Assembly (NCBI GenBank): GCA_000997385.1
Contig: LCBT01000001.1
Span: forward strand, 115,707-175,492
Direction: 5' to 3'
DNA: 59,786 nt
DNA from: Candidatus Daviesbacteria bacterium GW2011_GWA1_41_61
GTDB lineage: Bacteria > Patescibacteriota > Microgenomatia > Daviesbacterales > UBA10151
The notes under the pieces were generated by a model that did no database searches, was not told the origin of the DNA, and was given only the letters and a program-made list of their open reading frames with translations. Within the stretch, counting starts at the first letter, position 1. Every line of letters starts with the position of its first letter. The translations under genes were made by a program, and so were the position numbers. This document shows, piece by piece, positions 51,622 through 59,499 of the stretch.

Positions 51622-52983
51622 ATGAAGATAGTATTGGTTAGACCTAATTACGAAAGCCATATTATTACTCCCCCTTTAGGTATCGGCTACTTAGCATCTT
51701 CCCTGAAAAAAAATGGCATTAAAGTGAAAATTATCGATGGTGTAAAAGATAATCTTAGTTTGGATCAGCTGTTAAAAACTATTAATCAAGCCAAACCTGA
51801 TGCTGTAGGGATTACCTGTTTAACTTCCTTTTATGAGGAAGTGGTCAATTTATCACAGGCCTTAAAGCAACAAAATCTAAAAGTAATTATCGGTGGGGTT
51901 CACCCGACTTTTTTACCATATGAAACATTAGTCGATTCTAAAGCCGATTATGTAGTTTGCGGGGAAGGAGAAATTGCTTTAGTCAAACTGGCCAAAAATA
52001 AATTTGTCAATAGAAACATTCCCGGAGTTTATTCCTTAAAAAACCTTAAACCGGGTGGCGTTACTGGGAAAGCCGAAATAATTACTAATTTAGATAATCT
52101 ACCTTTCCCGGATTGGAGGCAGCTTGATCCCCGAACTTATCCTAAAGCCCCCCACGGAGCAGTAGTTAAAAACTATCCAATCGGAGTTATTATGACTACC
52201 CGGGGTTGTCCCTATCAATGCACATTTTGTGCTTCCCGCCGCTTTTATGATATCCGCACCAGGTTCCGGTCACCAGAGAATGTTATTAAAGAGATAAAAT
52301 ACCTGGTAAAAAATTTTGGTGTTAGAGAAATCCATTTTGAAGATGATAATTTAACCTTAAAAAGAGAGCATATTGAAAAAATCTGTCAGTTGATTATTAA
52401 AAATAACCTGAAGGTCAATTGGTCTTGTCCCAACGGTATCAGAGCTGACCGGGTAGATGAACCACTAATAAGGTTAATGAAACAAAGCGGTTGTTATTTT
52501 TTTGCTTTTGGCATTGAATCAGCCAATCCTAAGATATTAAAGAACATCAAAAAAATGGAGTCAATTGAGGTCATTAAAAAATCCATAGAGATGGCAACTA
52601 AAGTAGGTATAGAGTGTCAGGGATTTTTTATCTTTGGACTACCTGGAGAAACCAAAAAGACCATTAAGGAAAGTATCCAATTTGCCAAAAACTCTAAATT
52701 AACCAGAGCTCACTTTATGATTTTAGATGTTCTGCCTGGATCTCAACTTTGGGATCAGCTAAAAGGTCAATTCAAGCCCAATTGGAGAAAAAACAGTTAC
52801 AAGGAACCAGAATGGTTACCTAAAGGTTTAACCAAAAAACAGTTAATGGAGGCTCAAACCCAGGCCATCAGGGAATTTTATCTAAGACCAGTCTACTTAT
52901 TTAGACTAGTCAAATCCATCAAATTACAACAAATCCCCTTTTTAATTAAAAGATTAATCAGTTACAGACTAATTAAATTTTAA
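51622..52983 (+). CDS. B12-binding (class B) radical SAM enzyme
   Basis: The N-terminal MKIVLVRPNYESHIITPPLGIGYLASSLKKNG is a cobalamin-binding Rossmann-like domain. TTRGCPYQCTFCAS is the CX3CX2C cluster. The track start at 51583 is TTG and lies within the candidate -10, so ATG 51622 is preferred. Confidence 0.85.
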   Translation: MKIVLVRPNYESHIITPPLGIGYLASSLKKNGIKVKIIDGVKDNLSLDQLLKTINQAKPDAVGITCLTSFYEEVVNLSQALKQQNLKVIIGGVHPTFLPYETLVDSKADYVVCGEGEIALVKLAKNKFVNRNIPGVYSLKNLKPGGVTGKAEIITNLDNLPFPDWRQLDPRTYPKAPHGAVVKNYPIGVIMTTRGCPYQCTFCASRRFYDIRTRFRSPENVIKEIKYLVKNFGVREIHFEDDNLTLKREHIEKICQLIIKNNLKVNWSCPNGIRADRVDEPLIRLMKQSGCYFFAFGIESANPKILKNIKKMESIEVIKKSIEMATKVGIECQGFFIFGLPGETKKTIKESIQFAKNSKLTRAHFMILDVLPGSQLWDQLKGQFKPNWRKNSYKEPEWLPKGLTKKQLMEAQTQAIREFYLRPVYLFRLVKSIKLQQIPFLIKRLISYRLIKF

Positions 52984-53013
52984 TTTTACATATGTTATCA
53001 TTACAACAAAACC

Positions 53014-53262
53014 ATGACCAAGATAAAAAAATTTGAATCTTTGGAGGTAAACATTAAAATTGATCAAGATGCTTGTATCTCTTGCGGCACCTGTGAAGTT
53101 TTTGCCCCCAAAACTTTTGAGTTTGATAAAAACTTAAAGACTCAAGTCAAAGAGGAACCTCATGACAACAAAGACAAAATTATCTCTGCAGCCGAAAGTT
53201 GTGCTGTAGAAGCTATAACCGTTATTGATAATAAAACCAGCAAAAAACTTTATCCTAAGTAA
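53014..53262 (+). CDS. Small single-cluster [4Fe-4S] ferredoxin
   Basis: 82-aa ORF with CISCGTC...(35 aa)...C. It is acidic and starts 30 nt after the radical SAM gene. Confidence 0.8.
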   Translation: MTKIKKFESLEVNIKIDQDACISCGTCEVFAPKTFEFDKNLKTQVKEEPHDNKDKIISAAESCAVEAITVIDNKTSKKLYPK

Positions 53263-54331
53263 GAACAGTTAACCCGAATTGGCCTTCATTAAATTGCCCA
53301 AACTTTTTAACTTTTTGACAAACTGTTTCCACTTCTTTTAAAGAAAGCCCCGGGTAAAGAGGCAGGGTCACTACCCTGTTGCCAACATACTCCGTTACCG
53401 GCAAGGAGGGTGTTTTATACTCTACAAAAGCTGGGGATTTATGTAACGGTAAGAAATGGAAAGAACAAGAGATCCCTTGGGCTTTAATATATGCCATAAA
53501 TTTATCCCGCTGTTCCACTAAAATAGGGTACAAGTGAGTCCCTTGATTTTTTAAACCCAATAATTGATTATAACGGGAAATAATCTGTTTTCTTTTTTCC
53601 TCCATTCCCTCTAATTTTTGCAGTTGTACCCGCCCCATGGCTGCCAAAAGATCAATGGTATTAAATTTATAACCGCAAAATTCCACTTCATAGCGCCAAT
53701 TACCACCAGGAGCATAACGTTTCCAAGCATCATGTGATAAACCATGCAGCCTGGCTTTAACCAGCCATTTAGCCATCTCCTCATCATCAGTAGTAATCAT
53801 TCCTCCTTCAGCGGTAGTTAGATTTTTGGTAGCATAAAAAGAATAACAAACTAAATTTTCTGATCTGTGTTTTGGGGCAATCCGGTGAGCGCTATCTTCT
53901 AGAACTTTAGTCTGAAAATCAGTTTGGGCTAAGTTACCGGCATAGTGAATAGGAATCACCGCTTTAGTTTTTTTGCTTAATTTTTTCTCTACCGACTTTA
54001 GATCAATAGTAAAATCATCGGCTTTAATATCCACAAAGATAGGGGTGGCTCCATTATGGACTATGACATTGGCAGTAGCAGCAAAAGTAAAAGAAGGAAC
54101 TATCACTTCATCACCTCGTCCTACACCTAAAGCCTTTAAAGATAGAAATAAGGCACTGGTACAACTGTTGACTGCCACAGCCCATTTTGCTCCCACATAC
54201 TCGGCAAACTCTTTTTCAAAAGCTATTGTCTCTTCCCCCATGGTCAGCCATCCGCTTCGCAGTATTTTGGTAACTGCGGTAATTTCCTTTTTGTCTATAA
54301 AAGGTTTGGCAAAAGCGATTGTTCTTTTCAT
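53255..54331 (-). CDS. DegT/DnrJ/EryC1/StrS-family PLP-dependent sugar aminotransferase
   Basis: 358-aa ORF. Motifs KPFIDKKEI, VNSCTSAL, VIVPSFTFAATAN, EDSAH, SFYATKNLTTAEGG (PLP lysine) and HGLSHDAWKRY...YKFN. The 3' end overlaps the ferredoxin gene by 8 nt. Confidence 0.9.
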   Translation of the reverse strand: MKRTIAFAKPFIDKKEITAVTKILRSGWLTMGEETIAFEKEFAEYVGAKWAVAVNSCTSALFLSLKALGVGRGDEVIVPSFTFAATANVIVHNGATPIFVDIKADDFTIDLKSVEKKLSKKTKAVIPIHYAGNLAQTDFQTKVLEDSAHRIAPKHRSENLVCYSFYATKNLTTAEGGMITTDDEEMAKWLVKARLHGLSHDAWKRYAPGGNWRYEVEFCGYKFNTIDLLAAMGRVQLQKLEGMEEKRKQIISRYNQLLGLKNQGTHLYPILVEQRDKFMAYIKAQGISCSFHFLPLHKSPAFVEYKTPSLPVTEYVGNRVVTLPLYPGLSLKEVETVCQKVKKFGQFNEGQFGLTVLT

Positions 54332-55897
54332 CTAAATTTGTTGGAAAACGTCTGGGTCTGGTATTTTAGTTAGAAGCGGTTTACCCGGGTCATTTCTTAA
54401 GTGACTGGCGGGAATTTTACCATAAGTTGGTAAGATCTTAGTTAACTCTTGAATAATACCGCAGCGGTCTTGGGTCTGTGATAAAACAATAAGACGTCCT
54501 AAAGTAGCCAGCAAAGCCTTATCATCAATCTTTAAAACATTTTTAGTAACAAAGATCAAGTTGTTAGATGTCTTTTTGATCTCCTCTTCTTTGGCTAAAA
54601 CCTCCTCGAAAATTTTCTCTCCCGGACGTGTACCAATAATCTTGATGGGAATTTCTTTTTCCGGCTCAAACCCAGCCAGTCTAATCATCGTTTTAGCCAG
54701 ATCCATGATTTTCACCGGCTCTCCCATATCTAAAACAAAGATCTCTCCCCCCTTCCCCATCTTAGCAGCCTGAAGAATCAACTGTACAGCCTCAGGAATG
54801 CTCATGAAAAAACGCACCATTTCCGGGTGAGTGACTGTCACCGGTCCGCCGCGGGCAATCTGTTTTTGAAAAAGAGGTACTACACTGCCATTACTCCCCA
54901 TGACATTGCCAAAACGGACACTACTGTATTTAGTTGAATAAACTTTATTAAAATAACGAATCAAAAGTTCAGCAAAAGCTTTTGTAGCTCCCATAACAGA
55001 GGTGGGATTAACAGCCTTATCAGTAGAGATAAAAATAAATTTCTCTGCCTTTTTTTCACCAGCAATTTCTGCCAAAATTTTAGTCCCATAAATATTATCT
55101 TTGACAGCTTCCTCCGGATGCTCTTCCATCAAAGGAACATGTTTGAAAGCAGCTGCATGAAAGATAACCTGAGGAGTAAATTTGTCAAAAACCCACTCTA
55201 CCTTAGCTCTATCTTGAATGTTTCCCACTACCATCTTTTGCTTAACCCGGTTTTGATGGTCTGAAAGTTCCTGAGACAGCTCAAACAACCCATTTTCCCA
55301 CCAGTCAAACATCACCAAGATCTCTGGCTCAAATTGGGCTAACTGTCGAGATAATTCCGAACCGATAGAGCCTGCAGCACCGGTGACTAAAATTCTTTTA
55401 CCTTTAAAAATCTTTTTTAGCTCTGTTTGCTCGGACTTTAAAATAGCTCTACCTAAAACATCTTCTATGGAAACTGAACGGACTGATTCAAGATGCACTT
55501 TTCCCCTGACAATTTCTAAAGTCCGCGGCACAATACGGAAAGTCACTTTAGCCTTTTGGCAGCTGTTAACAATAGAGCGGATTAAACTACCTTGGGCAGA
55601 GGGGATGGCGATAAAAACGTTTCCTACTTCATGTTGAGAGATTAAGTTCTCCAGTTGACTGGTTTTTCCAATTACCGGAATCCCTTTAATCTTCTTTCCC
55701 TGTTTAGTTTCATTGTCATCAATAAAACCGGTAATTTTATAACCTAAGGAGTGATATCCTTTTAACTGATCAACTAACTCTTTGCCAGCCACGCCGGCAC
55801 CAACAATAATTGACCTTTTGTTGCGAACTTGCCTGTCAACCATAAAGTTTACTCTATCACTATATCGGAGTGATGTCCAGAGATTTCGTCTGCCCAT
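54332..55897 (-). CDS. CapD/PglF/WbpM-type NDP-sugar 4,6-dehydratase (polysaccharide biosynthesis protein), soluble form
   Basis: Motifs IIVGAGVAGKEL, ILVTGAAGSIGSEL, FHAAAFKHVP and STDKAVNPTSVMGATK. There is no N-terminal TM block. An alternative ATG at 55843 (MVDRQV) would remove the 38-nt overlap with the GT4 gene. Confidence 0.85.
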   Translation of the reverse strand: MGRRNLWTSLRYSDRVNFMVDRQVRNKRSIIVGAGVAGKELVDQLKGYHSLGYKITGFIDDNETKQGKKIKGIPVIGKTSQLENLISQHEVGNVFIAIPSAQGSLIRSIVNSCQKAKVTFRIVPRTLEIVRGKVHLESVRSVSIEDVLGRAILKSEQTELKKIFKGKRILVTGAAGSIGSELSRQLAQFEPEILVMFDWWENGLFELSQELSDHQNRVKQKMVVGNIQDRAKVEWVFDKFTPQVIFHAAAFKHVPLMEEHPEEAVKDNIYGTKILAEIAGEKKAEKFIFISTDKAVNPTSVMGATKAFAELLIRYFNKVYSTKYSSVRFGNVMGSNGSVVPLFQKQIARGGPVTVTHPEMVRFFMSIPEAVQLILQAAKMGKGGEIFVLDMGEPVKIMDLAKTMIRLAGFEPEKEIPIKIIGTRPGEKIFEEVLAKEEEIKKTSNNLIFVTKNVLKIDDKALLATLGRLIVLSQTQDRCGIIQELTKILPTYGKIPASHLRNDPGKPLLTKIPDPDVFQQI

Positions 55898-57041
55898 TTT
55901 GTATCATTGTCAGTAAACTCTCCGCCGAAACATTAACATCAAAAATCTCCGCCGCCTTCTTAGTTTTTTGTTGGTAAGGTCTAATTAATACTCTTCCTTT
56001 TTTGATAACATCTTTTAATATTACCGCCAATTTTCGACTATCTTCCCGGGGGAAAGAAAAGCCTACTCCATACTTTTTTACCAGCTCGACCATATCTCCC
56101 ACTTCCGCTACAATTACCGGCAAATTAGCTTTCATGCTCTCCGAAAAAACCAAAGGGATACTATCGCTTCGGGAAGGGATGACCAACCAATCACTTAATA
56201 AAAGACGGTTGTAGATTAATTTGGGGTCATTAACATTTCCATAAAAAACCACTTTTTTCTGCAAACCTAAGTCTGAAATTTTTTCCTTTAAACTGGGTAG
56301 AAGTGAACCATCACCTAAACAATGCAGTTCAAAATCTAAATCCTTAACTTTAGAGATAGCCTCAATTAAAACATCCAATCCTTTGACCGGCTCCATTCTT
56401 CCCAAAAACATCAATTTTAAAGGTCCTTCTTTTTTAACCGTTAATTTTGATTGGTGAGGCATTTGACTGGCCGAAGGAAGAAACTGGCAGTGGCGTTTAG
56501 CAAGTTTGCCAGTTTGTCTGGCCAGATCGATCCCATCAGCTATAATAAACTTAGCTTTCTTTAGGGCTATTTCAATCAGTGTTCCTAAGATTGGATAACG
56601 GGCATAAATATAGATATCAGAACCTAAAGCCCAAATAGTGTAAGGCACCATTTTAACAATATTGGCCCAAAGGGCAAAAACTCCTGCCGGGAAAGCCCAC
56701 ATGGCAATACAAAAATCAATCTTATAATCCTTACAAAAACGACTTGTCGCCCTAAATCCTAAAACAAGCAGACTGAAAAATAACACCCAGTCTAAAGGAT
56801 TAAAAAATTGAATCTGTCCCAGTTTTTTCTTGCCGCCGATTGGGGAAAACCAAGTCACCGGCACGACATCCTTCTCACTTTTTCCTCCGGCATCCAAACA
56901 TAAGACAAAAACTTGATGGCCTAATTTTTGAATAGCATGAGCTATATCATAAACAAAAATACCGGCATTTTGGCGGTCATCTTTACTGGCAGGATAGTTA
57001 TGAGTGATCAGGCCAATCCTCATTGATAAATATTCTAGCAT
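55860..57041 (-). CDS. GT4-family (group 1) glycosyltransferase
   Basis: Motifs MRIGLITHNYP, FLGRMEPVKGLDVL and IPSRSDSIPLVFSESMKANLPVI (E-x7-E region). An alternative start lies at 57023. Confidence 0.8.
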   Translation of the reverse strand: MLEYLSMRIGLITHNYPASKDDRQNAGIFVYDIAHAIQKLGHQVFVLCLDAGGKSEKDVVPVTWFSPIGGKKKLGQIQFFNPLDWVLFFSLLVLGFRATSRFCKDYKIDFCIAMWAFPAGVFALWANIVKMVPYTIWALGSDIYIYARYPILGTLIEIALKKAKFIIADGIDLARQTGKLAKRHCQFLPSASQMPHQSKLTVKKEGPLKLMFLGRMEPVKGLDVLIEAISKVKDLDFELHCLGDGSLLPSLKEKISDLGLQKKVVFYGNVNDPKLIYNRLLLSDWLVIPSRSDSIPLVFSESMKANLPVIVAEVGDMVELVKKYGVGFSFPREDSRKLAVILKDVIKKGRVLIRPYQQKTKKAAEIFDVNVSAESLLTMIQNGQTKSLDITPI

Positions 57042-57754
57042 TTCTTCCCAACTAAGATAATGTGGGAAAATGGTTTCCCCCGATGGGCTTCAATTACTTG
57101 GACATCAAACCCTATTTTTTCTAAAAACACCCGCCACTGCTCTCCTGTCCGGTAATAAATTTTTGGCGAAACAATTTTACCTTCAAATAGGATGGGAAAG
57201 ATCAAAATATCGACAATCCAGGTAAGAAGATATTTTAAAAATGGTTTTCTGTCAATTTCCACGATAACCAACTCTCCTCCCTTCTTTATCTTATTTTGAC
57301 ACTCTCTGAGAACAGTTTCCTGATCCTTAAAGGAAGGTAAGTGATGGAGAAGATGAACCATTAAAATCACATCTGAGGGAGGCAGCAGCTGTTTCAAGAC
57401 ATCTCCTTCAACAAACTTGGTATTGTCGAGTCCCTTATCAGCTAGTTCTATCCGGGATAAATTTTTGTCAATGCCGATAATCTGCCGGGTGGAAGCTTTT
57501 AAAGCTAAATAATTAGTTACCAAACCGTCTCCGCATCCCAAATCCGCTATCAAACCATTCTTGGGAACCATTTTTTCCAGTAACTCTAAAGGAGTATCCC
57601 AAATGCGGATCTTAGCAAAAAGCTCACCAAAACCTCCTTTCGCATAAAGTTTACTTACCTGAACAAAATTGGAAGAGCTTTTCTCTTTTTTTTCCAGGCG
57701 AAAGAGTAGGCCAAAAAAAATACTTAGAAGGAACTGTAATATTTTTTTAATCAT
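57035..57754 (-). CDS. Class I SAM-dependent methyltransferase with an N-terminal membrane anchor
   Basis: 239-aa ORF. The N-terminus ILQFLLSIFFGLLFRL is hydrophobic. Motifs IADLGCGDG, VILMVHLLHHL and KKGGELVIVE. It overlaps the upstream GT2 stop by 8 nt (ATGATTAA). Confidence 0.8.
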   Translation of the reverse strand: MIKKILQFLLSIFFGLLFRLEKKEKSSSNFVQVSKLYAKGGFGELFAKIRIWDTPLELLEKMVPKNGLIADLGCGDGLVTNYLALKASTRQIIGIDKNLSRIELADKGLDNTKFVEGDVLKQLLPPSDVILMVHLLHHLPSFKDQETVLRECQNKIKKGGELVIVEIDRKPFLKYLLTWIVDILIFPILFEGKIVSPKIYYRTGEQWRVFLEKIGFDVQVIEAHRGKPFSHIILVGKKC

Positions 57755-58475
57755 ATTTACCCTGCCAATTATTGATCTTAATCTTCATCAGCTCACCTAA
57801 AGTCTTAACCACCGCATCGGTCAGTTTTACCTTAGAACCAGCATAGTGGCTCCAGCGGACCGGTATTTCTTTAATAGAGAACCCTAATTTAGAAGCTATA
57901 AACAACACTTCGGCATCATAACCCCAACGGTTGATAAGCTGCCTCCCAAAAATTGGTTTAATGACTTTTTGGGAAAATAGTTTAAATCCGCAATTAGTAT
58001 CCTTAACTGATGGTAACAAAATTAACCGCAACATTTCATAGTAAATATCTCCTAAAAGGGTCCGATAGCGAGCCGGCATCCGGCCTAATATTTTTTCTTT
58101 TAATCTACGCGACCCGATAACAATGTCATACTGACCAATATGCTGGGTTAAAAGATCGAGCTCTTCAATGGGAGTAGACAAGTCACAATCGGTCATCAAT
58201 ACTAATTTACCCAAAGCTTGTAGCATGCCACTTTTAACAGCCGCTCCTTTACCCCGGTTTTTAAGATGGCGGCATAAGCGGATATAGCTGTTTTTATGTT
58301 TATAACTTTCCAAAATGGCCCAGGTTTTATCTTTTGACCCATCATCAACTAAAATAATCTCCCAGTTTAATTTCTTTTTTTTAAAATAGTCGATAATTTT
58401 ATCCAGGTTAGCTGGTAAACGCTTCTCTTCGTTATAAACAGGTATAACCACTGACAAATCAATTTGACTTTTCAT
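57747..58475 (-). CDS. GT2 polyprenyl-phosphate glycosyltransferase (dolichyl-P-glucose synthase/ALG5- and ArnC-like)
   Basis: Motifs LSVVIPVYNEEKRL, IILVDDGSKDKT, NRGKGAAVKSG and MTDCDLSTP. Confidence 0.8.
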   Translation of the reverse strand: MKSQIDLSVVIPVYNEEKRLPANLDKIIDYFKKKKLNWEIILVDDGSKDKTWAILESYKHKNSYIRLCRHLKNRGKGAAVKSGMLQALGKLVLMTDCDLSTPIEELDLLTQHIGQYDIVIGSRRLKEKILGRMPARYRTLLGDIYYEMLRLILLPSVKDTNCGFKLFSQKVIKPIFGRQLINRWGYDAEVLFIASKLGFSIKEIPVRWSHYAGSKVKLTDAVVKTLGELMKIKINNWQGKYD

Positions 58476-59499
58476 TTCTTTTTAAATCTCCTTCTACCCT
58501 TTTAAAATCACCAAAATGTTTCCTCCAATCAACCCCATGCATCGCCCAAGCAAAAAGCTCATCATCACCCACTACTCTCATCTTCTGAACTAGACTTCTT
58601 TTGGACAAAATTTTCGGTAAGTTAAAGACATTCCACAAAATGGCCCGAAATACCATGAAAAAATTGTTTAGGTTTCTCCTTAAAAGAAAAACTACCGCAA
58701 TACCAACGGAGATAAAAAGATGGGAGGTAAACACTGTCAATAAATTTTTAGTTTCTAAATTTTGAATCAGAGAGCAGATTCTATTTTTATAGTAGTGATA
58801 GTTGATATCAAAGACATCTAATCTCTTGATGGTAAATCCTACTTTATGATAAATTTTTACTTGAGGATAAAAAAGCACTTTATATCCTGCTAACCAGACT
58901 CTCCAGCAAAAATCACTCTCTTCAAAATAAGATACAAAGTCCTCATCAAATAGCCCCACTTTATCTATCACCTCTTTCCTAATCAACATACAAGCTCCTT
59001 TGGCTGAAAAAATTTCTCTTTCTTTACTAAAGGCAACTCCATCTTTTTCTAAAAATCCCCAATGATCCCAAAAACCGATTTTTGTCAAAAACGACCCCGC
59101 ATTATCCAGATAATCCGGCTTGTCCATTAAACAAATCTTGGGTTGAAGTACCCCCAGAGATGGATCGGCCTCCATTTTGGTGACCATTTTAGACAAAAAA
59201 TTTGGCTCTACCATAGTATCGTTATTGAGAAGTAATAAATATTTTCCCTGGGCTTTTTTTGCACCCTGGTTATTTGCCAAAGCAAATCCTAAATTGAGAT
59301 TATTTTGAATAAGCTGGTTTCTTTTATAAGGTAATTTAACTTGAGTAACTAGAAGCTGACTGTCATCAGAAGAACCATTATCCACTACTATCAGTTCCCA
59401 GTTTTGATAGTCAATCTTGGAAAGTGACTGAAGGCAATTTTTAAAGACCTCTCCCCCGTTCCAATTAATAATAATAACTGAAACTAAAGACTTACTCAT
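58459..59499 (-). CDS. GT2-family glycosyltransferase (rhamnosyltransferase-like architecture)
   Basis: Motifs VSVIIINWNGGE, LIVVDNGSSDDS, NLGFALANNQG and LLLNNDT. A hydrophobic segment lies near the C-terminus. Confidence 0.8.
   Translation of the reverse strand: MSKSLVSVIIINWNGGEVFKNCLQSLSKIDYQNWELIVVDNGSSDDSQLLVTQVKLPYKRNQLIQNNLNLGFALANNQGAKKAQGKYLLLLNNDTMVEPNFLSKMVTKMEADPSLGVLQPKICLMDKPDYLDNAGSFLTKIGFWDHWGFLEKDGVAFSKEREIFSAKGACMLIRKEVIDKVGLFDEDFVSYFEESDFCWRVWLAGYKVLFYPQVKIYHKVGFTIKRLDVFDINYHYYKNRICSLIQNLETKNLLTVFTSHLFISVGIAVVFLLRRNLNNFFMVFRAILWNVFNLPKILSKRSLVQKMRVVGDDELFAWAMHGVDWRKHFGDFKRVEGDLKRNEKSN

Noticed and set aside
53973-54335. A 120-aa plus-strand ORF lies antisense to the 5' part of the DegT aminotransferase gene.
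   Set aside because: The opposite strand encodes canonical DegT motifs (VNSCTSAL, VIVPSFTFAATAN), so this is a shadow ORF. The 112-aa ORFs at 34652..34990 and 32285..32623, and the 83-aa ORF at 33122..33373, are rejected for the same reason.
1769-56214. About 30 short ORFs (60-84 aa) in the track lie inside the large genes. Examples are 1769..1957, 2688..2891, 3167..3355, 5737..5952, 14148..14357, 14643..14885, 16421..16642, 18822..19109, 19965..20192, 20516..20710, 26924..27163, 30308..30490, 42355..43197, 46656..46850, 47400..47585, 49888..50076, 54561..54773, 55383..55637 and 56002..56214.
   Set aside because: Each is nested antisense or out of frame within a much longer ORF that carries recognisable family motifs. 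Their translations are low-complexity and rich in Lys, Phe, Ile and Ser, as expected from AT-rich shadow frames. None has its own SD or promoter context.
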